From positions 10,792 through 74,791 of the forward strand of contig JAZDDX010000026.1 in the NCBI GenBank assembly GCA_043809315.1: a stretch of 64,000 nt of DNA, in the 5' to 3' direction. Position 1 is the stretch's first letter. Each line of letters opens with the position of its first letter. The translations under genes were made by a program, and so were the position numbers. This stretch comes from Pseudomonadota bacterium (GTDB lineage Bacteria > Bdellovibrionota_G > JALEGL01 > DATDPG01). This document shows, in pieces, positions 8,168-17,100 of the stretch. The notes under the pieces were generated by a model. That model saw only the letters and a list, made by a program, of their open reading frames with translations, made no database searches and was not told the origin of the DNA.

Positions 8168-10846
8168 CTAGAAGCTCTGGGTCACGCCGAAGTAGAAGCG
8201 AGCCTTCGACCCGATGTCGTTCAGTCCCTTCGCAAAGTCGAAAACGAGGAGCGCCGGGTTGACCCCCAGCCAGTCGATCAGGAACCGGATCCCGTACCCC
8301 GCATCGGTCTGATAATGCGCGACATGCAACAGATCGGCCCGGCCAGTCGCCTGGGCGAGCGCCGGGAACGCCAGCTGATCGGCCCGCTCCTGTACCGTGT
8401 CGGTCACACGCCCCGCGTCGGTGAAGAGCGCCCCCTGGAGGTCGCGGATCCGGAAGATCCCCAAGTTCCAGTCGATGTCCTGAAAAACAAAGTGCCGGTA
8501 CTCCGCGCTCCAGAGGATCAGGTTCCTTCCCTTGAACCGGTCGTCGGCGAACGAGAGCCCCCGGAGCCCGCCGAGCCCCCCCAGATCGAACGTCTCCTGG
8601 CTCGGGATCGCCGCCGGCCCCGCAAACCCGAGGAATCCGCGGGCCGCAAGGAGGTGACTCGGGTGCAATCGAAAAACCCAACTCCCTCCCAGACCGAACC
8701 GGTAGTAGTGGAAGTCACCGCCGAAATATTTCGACCCCCAGGTGGCCGAGATCGACCCCCCTCCCCCCGTAAGCGGGTTCGTCAGCGAAAGTTGGTTCCC
8801 GAAGCCGTAGGAGACGCCGATCGATGTCGCGTTTCCTGCGGGGCCTACCGGTTCGATCTTCGGCGTCTGACCCGGAAACGAGGCGACGGCGTTGTCGTCG
8901 CTCAGGCGGCTGTAATTGAAGCCGGCGTTCAGCGCGTGGCTCAAGCGGAGGCGGTCGATCAGCTTCCCGAAGAGCCGCGTGTACGAAGCCCCGATGCCGT
9001 AGGAATCGTGGGAATACGATCCGACGAAATTGTAGCGGTTCGATCCGCCGTACGACCGGCGGAACTGCGTCGCGATGAACCCCTCCGGCTGGTCGTTGTT
9101 GAAGTCGTAGTTCACCACCCAGTCGGTCAGGACGAGCTTGTAATAAGGGGGGGAACGGTTGTCCGAAAGCCTCGTCTCGAGAAGGCGCCGGCGGGGATCG
9201 ACCTCCAAAATCTTTACAGGGGACTTGGTTTCAAAACGGAACTCGTGCTCTTTCTCGGCATCGTCCCATTTCAATGCCAGATTCTCCCCTCGCTTCGTTC
9301 GGACTCCCAATTCGACCGGCTCCCGGACCACGGCTTCCGTCTCCCGACGGACGAATACCGAATGTTCGTACCCTGTCGTCGTTCTTTTCTGTTCTCGTTT
9401 CCCCAAAATGTAGTTCACCGCCGGACGAGGGGCGATCCACTGTTCGAACCGGTCATGGAGCGGGTGTCCCGCCAGGTTCCCGGCCAGCGCCACCAGCTTC
9501 TGTTGATCGCTCCCGACATACGCCACTACGATCTCCAAAGCCTTTCGCGGACCGACGTCGTCTTCGAGGTGGGCATAGATTGTTCGGCCGTTCGTCCGGA
9601 GGTGGTTGAAGCGGAGGGCGTCATCCCGGACCGGATCGTACGGGTAGATCATGTCGTAGAAGACGTCGATGAAGGCGAACTGCGGGGCGTAAATCACTTG
9701 ATCCAGCGCTGGAAGGAAGCTGAAGAACCGAACCGGGCCGAGCGTCCGCGCATCCCGGTGGGAGTACGCCTCTTCCCGCATGAACCGCTCGGTCCATCCC
9801 CACGAGACCGCTTCGGTGACCCAGCCGTAATCCCGCGAGCTTTCTCGGGTACTTACTTCCGGGAAGACGAGCTGCGCGAAGAGGCCTCGCACGATCGGCG
9901 GCGTGTGATACTGCCCCAGAATCGAAAGGAGCTTGAACGCCCGGTCGGAGACGAACGTCATCCCCTCCCCGTCCATCGCGAGCATCTCACGGAGCGGCGC
10001 CTGCGCGAGCGTCACCTCCCGCGCCCCCTGCGAAAGTTCCGGGTGACGTTCGACGAATTCGAGCCAGCGGACAACGAGTCCCTTGAGCGGCTCGATCGCC
10101 TCCTGCGGCGACCGCTCGTCCGTCCAGATGCGGGCTTGAATCCGGGATCCGGCCAGATCGGTCCGGCGGATGTCAGGCCCTGTCCAGAGGCTGAGTTCCC
10201 GGGCTCCGCGGAATTCGATCGGGGTTCCCGCGGTCAACGCCGGAACCGGCCGACCGTTTAGGAGAACCTCCCGGTCGGAGCGGATCGAAACCGTCCAATC
10301 GCTCGGCGCCGGGAGATCTTCCCTCTGGAACGCTCCCTCCCGGAACGAGGCGACATACGGGTACCACCCCCCCGACAGCGTCAGTTTCTCCCCATACCGA
10401 CCGAACGTTCCGTACTTCTCCGGAATCGTCAGGCGGTACCGAAACGAAAGCCGGACGCTTTTTCCGGGTTGGAGGGGATGCGGAAGGGAGATGCGGCCGA
10501 ACGTTCCGGAAACGGCGACCTCGACCGGCACCGAATCAACGCGGCTCTCTTCGATCTCGATCCCCCCGGAGGAGAAGCCGTCGGTATAAACCCTCCGGTA
10601 GTTGAGATCGTTCAGGTTCGGAAGCTCGGCACGAAACCGATTCGGGTATAGCACCAACTCGAGATCGGAGAGAGGGGCGGTGCCGTGGTTCGTGATTTCC
10701 GCGTTGACCGTGGCGGAGATCGTTCCGGTTTCGAAGGAGCGGAGATCAACGTCGAGACGATACGAGCGGCCGAGCGACTCCTCCCCCGCCGCGAAGGCAT
10801 GTACGGTCATCAGAACGATTGCGGCGCATCCGCCTCTCAAACTCAC
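8168..10846 (-). CDS. Large outer-membrane protein with C-terminal Omp85/BamA-type (surface antigen D15) beta-barrel
   Basis: Track ORF 8168..11095 trimmed to GTG 10846 (VSLRGGCAAIVLMTVHAFAAG, signal-like); the part upstream overlaps the divergent MltD-like gene. The C-terminal ~350 aa carry Omp85 hallmarks: LGGLGGLRGLSF, DAGYGIRF, VFDFA, and a terminal ...YFGVTQSF ending in Phe. The N-terminal ~500 aa are unassigned. Start is uncertain. Confidence 0.8.
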   Translation of the reverse strand: MSLRGGCAAIVLMTVHAFAAGEESLGRSYRLDVDLRSFETGTISATVNAEITNHGTAPLSDLELVLYPNRFRAELPNLNDLNYRRVYTDGFSSGGIEIEESRVDSVPVEVAVSGTFGRISLPHPLQPGKSVRLSFRYRLTIPEKYGTFGRYGEKLTLSGGWYPYVASFREGAFQREDLPAPSDWTVSIRSDREVLLNGRPVPALTAGTPIEFRGARELSLWTGPDIRRTDLAGSRIQARIWTDERSPQEAIEPLKGLVVRWLEFVERHPELSQGAREVTLAQAPLREMLAMDGEGMTFVSDRAFKLLSILGQYHTPPIVRGLFAQLVFPEVSTRESSRDYGWVTEAVSWGWTERFMREEAYSHRDARTLGPVRFFSFLPALDQVIYAPQFAFIDVFYDMIYPYDPVRDDALRFNHLRTNGRTIYAHLEDDVGPRKALEIVVAYVGSDQQKLVALAGNLAGHPLHDRFEQWIAPRPAVNYILGKREQKRTTTGYEHSVFVRRETEAVVREPVELGVRTKRGENLALKWDDAEKEHEFRFETKSPVKILEVDPRRRLLETRLSDNRSPPYYKLVLTDWVVNYDFNNDQPEGFIATQFRRSYGGSNRYNFVGSYSHDSYGIGASYTRLFGKLIDRLRLSHALNAGFNYSRLSDDNAVASFPGQTPKIEPVGPAGNATSIGVSYGFGNQLSLTNPLTGGGGSISATWGSKYFGGDFHYYRFGLGGSWVFRLHPSHLLAARGFLGFAGPAAIPSQETFDLGGLGGLRGLSFADDRFKGRNLILWSAEYRHFVFQDIDWNLGIFRIRDLQGALFTDAGRVTDTVQERADQLAFPALAQATGRADLLHVAHYQTDAGYGIRFLIDWLGVNPALLVFDFAKGLNDIGSKARFYFGVTQSF

Positions 10847-10888
10847 GGCCGAATCAGTATAACCTGTTGAAATCCGGGAACGATAGCG

Positions 10889-10917
10889 TTGACTTCCACG
10901 GATGCTCCCCGCACAAT
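10889..10917 (+). promoter_or_regulatory. Putative sigma70-type promoter for the MltD-like gene
   Basis: TTGACT (10889-10894), 17 nt spacer, CACAAT (10912-10917). It lies in the 98-nt divergent spacer. Confidence 0.3.
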
Positions 10918-10944
10918 CGTTTTCGGATCGAACCCCCCAACCCC

Positions 10945-12612
10945 ATGAAGTTTCTGAGCTGTATGATTCTGGCCGCGATGCTGGCCGCGTGCGCGGTCGC
11001 GGTGCCCCCACCGGCGGGGACGGCCCCGGCCTGCACCGTCGCCGACCCGTCGGGGTGCAAACCGCACAAGGTCGTCCCGACCGCCACTCCTGCAAAACCG
11101 CTCCCGGAAGAGGTGGTTTCGTTTTACGAGGGGACGCCCGAGGAGAACCTTCCGGATGAAACCGCCGCCGAACCGGCCGTCGTCGAGCATGTGATCGGCG
11201 AAGAGGTGGAGGCGGAGATCGGAAAGACCGACATCGAGAAGATCCCGAAGTTCGACATCCCGATCGTCGTCAACAAACAGGTCGAAAAGTGGATCGACTA
11301 CTTCCAGGGGAGCGGGCGGAAGGTTTTCACCGCCTGGCTGGCCCGTTCCGAGAGATATGTTCCGCTGTTCAAGGGGATCCTGCGGGAAAACGGACTCCCG
11401 GAGGATCTCATCTACCTCGCGATGATCGAGAGCGGTTTCAAGCCGTACGCTTATTCGCGGGCCAAGGCGAGCGGACCGTGGCAGTTCATCAAAAGGACGG
11501 GGCAGAACTACGGTCTCCGGGTCAACTGGTGGCTGGACGAAAGGCGCGATCCCGAGAAATCGACGATCGCGGCGGCACAACATCTGAAAGACCTCTACGA
11601 CGAGTTCAACTCCTGGTATCTGGCCGCCGCCGGATACAACGCGGGACGTGGAAAGGTCGCGCGGGCGATCGAACGGTACTCAACCGAGGATTTCTGGGAG
11701 ATGTCCCGATACGGGTATCTCAAAGCGGAAACGAAAAACTACGTTCCGAAGATGATCGCGGCCGCGTTGCTCGCGAAAGATCCGGAGCGGTACGGCTTCA
11801 CCGACGTCCCGTACGAGGAGCCGCTGACGTACGACAAGGTCACCGTGCCGGAACCGACCGAACTCTCCGCCGCCGCCAAGGCTCTCGGAATCGACATCCG
11901 GACGCTCGTCGAGCTGAACCCGGATTTGAAACGAAATATCACCCCCCCCAACTATCCGAACTACGAGCTCAAGGTCCCGGTCGGATACGCGGAGAAGTTC
12001 ACCGCGAGCTATTCCGAGATCCGCCGGAACACGGTCCCGCGCGTGATCCGCCACGTCGTCGGCCGGCGCGACACCCTCCAAAGCATCGCCGCCGAGTACG
12101 GTGTGGCGACGCAGACGATCGTCGTTTTCAACCACTTGCGCAGCAATTCGGTCCGGCGTGGCCAGCAACTGGCGATCCCCATCCGCCTCCCGACCGGCGA
12201 ACCGGTGCGTGACGCTGCGGTCCGGACCCGTCTCGGGAAGAAACCGGATGTCTACGCGGTTCGCTCGGGGGACACTCTTTGGTCGATCTCGCGCCGTTTT
12301 GACGTCTCGGTCTCCGAACTTCGGAAATGGAACCGCTTGAACGGCCAGAGCGGGCTGAAGGTCGGAACACGCCTGAAGCTCTACGCCCGATCCGATCCCG
12401 CCATGCTGGTCCCCTCTCGGGGCCTGCCCGGGAAGGGCCCGGGGCCGGATGCCTGGAAGACGTACCGCGTGCAGCGCGGAGACACGCTTTGGAGCATCGC
12501 GAAGAAGAACGGCGTCCGCCCCTCCGACCTAGCGGAGTGGAACCGCCTCGAACCGAACGGGTCGGATCTGCGCCCCGGTTCGGAGCTCCGGATCCGCGCC
12601 GTCAATCTGTAG
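10945..12612 (+). CDS. mltD: Membrane-bound lytic murein transglycosylase D-like lipoprotein (SLT domain + 3 LysM)
   Basis: Track ORF trimmed to ATG 10945 (MKFLSCMILAAMLAAC, lipobox). SLT catalytic region is LIYLAMIESGFKPYAYSRAKASGPWQF. Three LysM repeats are present: HVVGRRDTLQSIAAEYGV, YAVRSGDTLWSISRRFDVSVSELRKWN, YRVQRGDTLWSIAKKNGVRPSDLAEWN. Confidence 0.9.
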   Translation: MKFLSCMILAAMLAACAVAVPPPAGTAPACTVADPSGCKPHKVVPTATPAKPLPEEVVSFYEGTPEENLPDETAAEPAVVEHVIGEEVEAEIGKTDIEKIPKFDIPIVVNKQVEKWIDYFQGSGRKVFTAWLARSERYVPLFKGILRENGLPEDLIYLAMIESGFKPYAYSRAKASGPWQFIKRTGQNYGLRVNWWLDERRDPEKSTIAAAQHLKDLYDEFNSWYLAAAGYNAGRGKVARAIERYSTEDFWEMSRYGYLKAETKNYVPKMIAAALLAKDPERYGFTDVPYEEPLTYDKVTVPEPTELSAAAKALGIDIRTLVELNPDLKRNITPPNYPNYELKVPVGYAEKFTASYSEIRRNTVPRVIRHVVGRRDTLQSIAAEYGVATQTIVVFNHLRSNSVRRGQQLAIPIRLPTGEPVRDAAVRTRLGKKPDVYAVRSGDTLWSISRRFDVSVSELRKWNRLNGQSGLKVGTRLKLYARSDPAMLVPSRGLPGKGPGPDAWKTYRVQRGDTLWSIAKKNGVRPSDLAEWNRLEPNGSDLRPGSELRIRAVNL

Positions 12613-12622
12613 AGCTCGAAGA

Positions 12623-13624
12623 TCAGCGGAAACGATCGAGGAAATCTTCGAGCGGCCCCGTCTTCCGCTCCCAGTCCCGAACGAATCCCCAGACCGCTTT
12701 TCCCGACCGGTGGAGACCGCGCGTTTCCATGGCGATCGAGGTCTTCGCAAGTTTCGACCGGATCCTCCGCCCCGGCCAGCCGGCGAAAAGATAGAGGCCG
12801 ACCGCCAGAACGATCGAGACCCCCAAACTGACAAACTTCCACTCCGTCCGGTGCCCATACCGGCGGGAATAAAGCCATCCGACCCCGTTCAATGCGCCGA
12901 CGACGGAGTTCGCGAGACCCGCGATCGAAACGACGAGGGAGAAGACCAGCACGCCGACCGCCCAGATGAATTGCGGCTCTTCGCTCGCGGAAATGGCAAT
13001 CGGCTTGAGCGCCGCTTCATTCCAAAGACGCACGACGCCGGCGATCGAAAGCGGGACCCAGAAATAAAACAGCCCGAGCAAGACCCCCCGCAAGAACCGC
13101 CCTTGGGAAAAATGCCCCACCATCGGAAAGGGGGAGAGCAGGAGGAGCGGTGCACGTTTCCGGAGCGGGCGGACCGGGGTCCGGAGCGACCCCTGCGCCA
13201 GCACGAAAGCCAGAACGATGCTCAGCCACCAGACGAACGAGAAGAATCCGCCGAGCAGCAGCAAGCTTAACCCCGTAGGACAGATCCACCCCAACTCGCG
13301 TAAGACCGGAACGCTGATCCATTCCGGGAGAACGCCGTTGATCGATCCGAGAAGGGTTCCGCTGGTGAGCAGAAAGAAGAGAAATCCGCTCGCGACGAAC
13401 GGTCGCCTCAGATAGAGAAACCCGCTCCCGAAGACGAACAGATTGAGCGTCGCCACGGTGACGGGGGTCGCCGTTCCGAACCACCGGCTCTCGCCATCCC
13501 GTTCGGTGATCTCCCGGTTCGGAGTGGTCGTCTTGCGCTGCGGCTTCAGCCCGGCCTGGCGGAGGAACTCCTCAGCCAGCTTTGAGATCGAGGTTTCACC
13601 CCACGGATCATCCGGACGTGCCAC
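12623..13624 (-). CDS. Hypothetical polytopic membrane protein
   Basis: 333-aa ORF with at least 6 hydrophobic spans. No motif recognised. Confidence 0.6.
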   Translation of the reverse strand: MARPDDPWGETSISKLAEEFLRQAGLKPQRKTTTPNREITERDGESRWFGTATPVTVATLNLFVFGSGFLYLRRPFVASGFLFFLLTSGTLLGSINGVLPEWISVPVLRELGWICPTGLSLLLLGGFFSFVWWLSIVLAFVLAQGSLRTPVRPLRKRAPLLLLSPFPMVGHFSQGRFLRGVLLGLFYFWVPLSIAGVVRLWNEAALKPIAISASEEPQFIWAVGVLVFSLVVSIAGLANSVVGALNGVGWLYSRRYGHRTEWKFVSLGVSIVLAVGLYLFAGWPGRRIRSKLAKTSIAMETRGLHRSGKAVWGFVRDWERKTGPLEDFLDRFR

Positions 13625-13633
13625 GGGATTCCT

Positions 13634-14410
13634 TTACAGGAAGAACAGGATCGGCAACAGGATCGCCGCGATCGAGGCGGCCCCCCCGACGATATAGACC
13701 AGGACGGACCCCGCCTTCTCCTCCCCCGTCATCTCCTCCGGCTGGTCCGCCCCCCGCGTCACGGCGGAGCTGTTCTCCCGCTGGCAGAGAACCCGGACCG
13801 TTCCGGGGACCTTGAGCGGAACTGGCTTGAAAATCTGTTCCGGAAGGATGCAGTCGATCTTGTAATCCCCCGGACGGAGCCAGACCCAGACCGGCGCCTC
13901 GCCGATCTTCCGCTCCCCGATCCCGACATCGGCGATCTGTGGATGCGATTCGACCACGACCATCCGTTCTTTCCGCAACAGCTCTTCACAAGAAGGGGAT
14001 TTGACGTCCAGCACGACGGTCGAGACCGACTGGCGCAGGTAGTTTACGGAACGGAGATAGGTTCTTCCGTCGAGTTCGAACGTTAAGAACAGAATGTGGA
14101 ATCCGCGCACCGAACGGAATGAGCCGAAGTCGCTTCCCCACTCAAGCAATCGTTCGGAGTAGATCCCTTCCTTCCGAAGGGAGGAGACGAGCGCCGGCTC
14201 CCCCACCACTTCGATCTTGGGGAATTGATCGGCACATCCATCGATCCCGCGCCGGTCGAATCCGGCGCCGAAATCGATCAGCCCGATCTTGAGTTGCTGG
14301 GTCGACCGGATCTCTTCGTGCCGCATTCCGGTCGGCGCGTTTTTCTGCGCACAACCGAGAAGGGAAAACAAGAGTCCGAATAGAAGAACGTTAGCCTGAA
14401 GTTTGGTCAT
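13634..14410 (-). CDS. Lipoprotein with PEGA-like domain and C-terminal membrane anchor
   Basis: N-terminus is MTKLQANVLLFGLLFSLLGCAQ (lipobox). A PEGA-like segment follows (IADVGIGERKIGEAPVWVWLRPGDYKIDC). The C-terminus is hydrophobic (AGSVLVYIVGGAASIAAILLPILFFL). Confidence 0.6.
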   Translation of the reverse strand: MTKLQANVLLFGLLFSLLGCAQKNAPTGMRHEEIRSTQQLKIGLIDFGAGFDRRGIDGCADQFPKIEVVGEPALVSSLRKEGIYSERLLEWGSDFGSFRSVRGFHILFLTFELDGRTYLRSVNYLRQSVSTVVLDVKSPSCEELLRKERMVVVESHPQIADVGIGERKIGEAPVWVWLRPGDYKIDCILPEQIFKPVPLKVPGTVRVLCQRENSSAVTRGADQPEEMTGEEKAGSVLVYIVGGAASIAAILLPILFFL

Positions 14411-14813
14411 CGATCACTTGCGTGCCGGCGTAGATGTCCCCGACGCGGACTCCCCGATCGTCCGCCCAGACGAAGTAGGCCTCCACCGCCAGGAAGAGAA
14501 CCCCCAGCGGCAGAACGATGAACCACCCGAAGATCGGAATGCTCCCCAAGACGACGATCACGGCGTACGGAAGATTCCGGATCAACGACTGGCGGAAACT
14601 GCACCGCTCCCCCTCGTGTCCCGGATCGGCCAGAACGACCCGCAACCCGACGAGCTTCTTCCCCACGCTCTGCCCGTTGAAGAACCCGTCTCCAATCAGA
14701 ATGTAGAGCCCCGCGGCGAGAATTCCGACGCGCGGAATCAGCGACAACATCCCGACCAGGACGAAATCAATCGCCTTTCCGATCGCCCGATGGACGCTGT
14801 CCGATTTTTTCAC
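14391..14813 (-). CDS. RDD-family membrane protein
   Basis: 140 aa with three hydrophobic spans. GQSVGKKLVGLRVV is typical of RDD proteins. It overlaps the downstream gene by 20 nt. Confidence 0.65.
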   Translation of the reverse strand: MKKSDSVHRAIGKAIDFVLVGMLSLIPRVGILAAGLYILIGDGFFNGQSVGKKLVGLRVVLADPGHEGERCSFRQSLIRNLPYAVIVVLGSIPIFGWFIVLPLGVLFLAVEAYFVWADDRGVRVGDIYAGTQVIDDQTSG

Positions 14814-14837
14814 GCAGCTCCCTCTTTACGCGGCTGA

Positions 14838-14866
14838 TTGACCGCGTTTCAAACCAATACTAAGTT
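14838..14866 (+). promoter_or_regulatory. Putative sigma70-type promoter for rlpA
   Basis: TTGACC (14838-14843), 17 nt spacer, TAAGTT (14861-14866). Confidence 0.4.
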
Positions 14867-14969
14867 CTAGCAAATAAGCCCCGCCCTTACAAAGATCGTT
14901 CCGTTCCTGGCCCTTTGGGCCTTTGTCTTCGCTTGTGCCAAGCGCGTTGAACCGTTCCGCGAAGGGGGG

Positions 14970-15491
14970 TTGGAAATCGGGTACGCCTCCTGGTACGGCG
15001 ACCAATTCCACGGGCGGAAGACCGCCTCGGGGGAGCGGTACGATATGTACCAGCTGACCGCCGCCCACCGGACCGCGCCGTTCGGAACGAACGTCCGCGT
15101 GACGAACGTCGGAAACGGGAAGGCGGTGACCGTGCGAATCAACGATCGCGGCCCGTTCGTGAAGGGGCGGATTCTCGACCTGTCGCTCGCGGCGGCAAAG
15201 GAGATCGACCTGATCTCGACCGGGACCGCACGGGTCCGTTTGGAGTTCGTCGGGGCGACGGCTTCTCCGTTCCGCTTCTACGTCCAGGCGGGGTCGTTCC
15301 GGGACCCGGAAAACGCGAGCCAGATGGTCCGCAGGATCGCCCAGCTCCTCCCCGTCCCCCGGGCCCAGATCGAGACGGTCAACGATCTGAACCGGGTCTG
15401 GTTGGGGCCGGTCGAAACGGAGGAGGAGGCGGCTTCCTTAGTTGAAAAATTGGAGGATTCGGCGATCTCCGCCTTCATCTTGCGCCGGTAG
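14970..15491 (+). CDS. rlpA: Septal-ring lytic transglycosylase RlpA (DPBB domain + SPOR domain); true start probably upstream
   Basis: Contains [60 protein letters not shown] (RlpA double-psi beta-barrel) and a C-terminal SPOR-like [21 protein letters not shown]. The track start is a TTG at 14970. The in-frame upstream sequence back to the stop at 14868 encodes a lipoprotein signal (see findings). Confidence 0.9.
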   Translation: MEIGYASWYGDQFHGRKTASGERYDMYQLTAAHRTAPFGTNVRVTNVGNGKAVTVRINDRGPFVKGRILDLSLAAAKEIDLISTGTARVRLEFVGATASPFRFYVQAGSFRDPENASQMVRRIAQLLPVPRAQIETVNDLNRVWLGPVETEEEAASLVEKLEDSAISAFILRR

Positions 15492-15519
15492 GGGGAAACG
15501 TCTATAAGACCGCCCTCGT

Positions 15520-15657
15520 ATGGCAATGCCGTATCGCAAGACGAAGAAGAAGCGGAAGCACACGAAGACGAACGCGGGGAAAGACCGGAAGCGGAAGTTG
15601 CGCGCGAAAGGTTCGACCCCGTCGCTCGAGAAGCTCCTCGGCCCCTGCCGCGCTTAG
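15520..15657 (+). CDS. Candidate small, very basic protein (45 aa)
   Basis: Below the track cut-off; hand translation gives MAMPYRKTKKKRKHTKTNAGKDRKRKLRAKGSTPSLEKLLGPCRA. No clear Shine-Dalgarno. The 3' end overlaps the arsC stop by 4 nt. Speculative. Confidence 0.3.
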   Translation: MAMPYRKTKKKRKHTKTNAGKDRKRKLRAKGSTPSLEKLLGPCRA

Positions 15658-16088
15658 TCGCCCGACTTTTTCTTCCAACGCAAAACAAACGCCGTCACAT
15701 GGTCGCGGATCGTTTCCTGCGTCTCCCGGAACCTTTGCAGCCGTTCCTCGGGAAGCGCCACATACGCGATCGGGTCGTCAATCGGCCAGTGCTCTGTGCG
15801 CACCCCGGAGGGGATCGCGGGACAGGTCTCTTGGGCGTGCCCGCAAAGTGTGATGACGTAATCGAACCGATCGAACGGCGTCTCATCCACCGACTTCGAC
15901 CGAGCCTTCGAGATATCGATCCCCACTTCGGAAAGGACGCGGATCGTCACCGGATGGATCCCCGCCGGCCGGACACCGGAGCTGGCGACTTCAAAGCGAT
16001 CCTCACCGATTTCGCGGAGCAACGCCTCGGCCATCTGGCTCCGGACGCTGTTTCCGGTGCAGACGAATACGACACGGGTCGGGTTCAC
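15654..16088 (-). CDS. arsC: Arsenate reductase, thioredoxin-coupled LMW-PTPase type
   Basis: Track ORF trimmed to GTG 16088, 11 nt after the stop of the upstream gene. It has VVFVCTGNSVRSQMAE (C-x5-R-S P-loop) plus the downstream Cys pair LCGHAQETCP, which is typical of the Trx-type ArsC rather than a plain phosphatase. Confidence 0.8.
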   Translation of the reverse strand: MNPTRVVFVCTGNSVRSQMAEALLREIGEDRFEVASSGVRPAGIHPVTIRVLSEVGIDISKARSKSVDETPFDRFDYVITLCGHAQETCPAIPSGVRTEHWPIDDPIAYVALPEERLQRFRETQETIRDHVTAFVLRWKKKSGD

Positions 16089-16099
16089 GCGCCCATCCT

Positions 16100-16615
16100 C
16101 TAGGACCCGCCGTCCGACGTCAACGGGGAAGCTTTGGCACTGACCATGGCTTCGACGATTCGCGTCTCCGTCTGCCCCAGTTTTTCGGCCAGCCATGAGA
16201 GTCGTCGAATCGTTTCGGGCCGCAGTCGAAATGTTTTGTTTTTTCGGATCTCATTCAGCGGTTTCGTTCGTTTGTCCGCCGGTTGAAGTTGAAGCCAGCG
16301 AAGCATGTCTCGGACCGCGATGCCTTGAAATTCCGCCACAGGAGTTTTCCCCTTTCGGATTTCTCGAATCAGTTTTTCCAGCGGTGCGGGAATGTCCGCA
16401 TACCCCACGAACGCTCGAGGAAAATGAATCAGTGCCGCGGGAAACACTTCAAGAACGCGCGGCTCGATGTTCTCTGCGGTCCAGAGTAGATCCCGAATCC
16501 GGATCTTGCCTGTGAACTTGGAGATGTCTCGGTTCGTGTGGAGAAACCCCTTAGCCACAAGGAAACCAAGCACCCGAGCGGCCCGACTCGGAAGCTCAGT
16601 TCTGGAAATAGCCAC
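16100..16615 (-). CDS. Hypothetical protein with C-terminal ribbon-helix-helix-like segment
   Basis: Track ORF 16100..16675. A likely start is GTG 16615, overlapping the upstream gene by 20 nt, but the start is uncertain. The C-terminus KTFRLRPETIRRLSWLAEKLGQTETRIVEAMV has a strand-helix-helix pattern. GC is visibly lower than in the flanks. Confidence 0.55.
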   Translation of the reverse strand: MAISRTELPSRAARVLGFLVAKGFLHTNRDISKFTGKIRIRDLLWTAENIEPRVLEVFPAALIHFPRAFVGYADIPAPLEKLIREIRKGKTPVAEFQGIAVRDMLRWLQLQPADKRTKPLNEIRKNKTFRLRPETIRRLSWLAEKLGQTETRIVEAMVSAKASPLTSDGGS

Positions 16616-17093
16616 AATCCCCTCCGAATTTCTCGACGAGTTTCCGCAAGGGTTCTCCGAAGATCTGGAGCGCATCGCGGATGAGCAGCCGGTTCTTTTC
16701 TTTCGCTTTAATCGCCTTCGACGTCAGGGAATAGAGTGGATCGAGCACCTGACATTCGAGCCGCGGGGTGGAAAGAATTGTCGTGAAGGTACTCCCGGGC
16801 GGGAGCCAGACCTTTTCGCTGTCTTCATCATATTGAAGACCATGCTCTTCGAGGATTTGCTGGAACGCCTGTTTTACGAAATGATGTGCGTCAACCAGCG
16901 CATCAACGTCGGCCGTAGCAAACAAAGAGAGCTGCGCAAGAAGTTTGTCGGGATGCAAAAGAAGGCTGCACTGTCCGAGAATTCTAAGCCCCCCTTTTGG
17001 AAGAACGAATGTGGCCTCTTGGCTCCGCCGATCATTCTCTTGCTCAATGACCCGGTCGAGCTGGCGAAGGGCCTTCGTAAGAGTCTTTTCCAT
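16596..17093 (-). CDS. Hypothetical protein, minimal nucleotidyltransferase-like
   Basis: 165-aa ORF with lower GC. The segment SLFATADVDALVD resembles the T-x-D-x-D metal-binding strand of small polymerase-beta-type nucleotidyltransferases (AbiEii / DUF6036-like). This assignment is from pattern memory only. Confidence 0.55.
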   Translation of the reverse strand: MEKTLTKALRQLDRVIEQENDRRSQEATFVLPKGGLRILGQCSLLLHPDKLLAQLSLFATADVDALVDAHHFVKQAFQQILEEHGLQYDEDSEKVWLPPGSTFTTILSTPRLECQVLDPLYSLTSKAIKAKEKNRLLIRDALQIFGEPLRKLVEKFGGDCGYFQN

Positions 17094-17100
17094 TGTTTTA

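Noticed and set aside
8153-10261. 702-aa + strand ORF
   Set aside because: It is exactly antisense to the Omp85-family gene. The translation is Arg/Pro/Glu/Val-rich low complexity with no motifs. It is a typical stop-depleted mirror frame of a high-GC gene.
15278-15688. 136-aa minus-strand ORF
   Set aside because: It overlaps the SPOR domain end of rlpA and the arsC 3' end. It is Ser/Arg/Ala-rich, with no start context.
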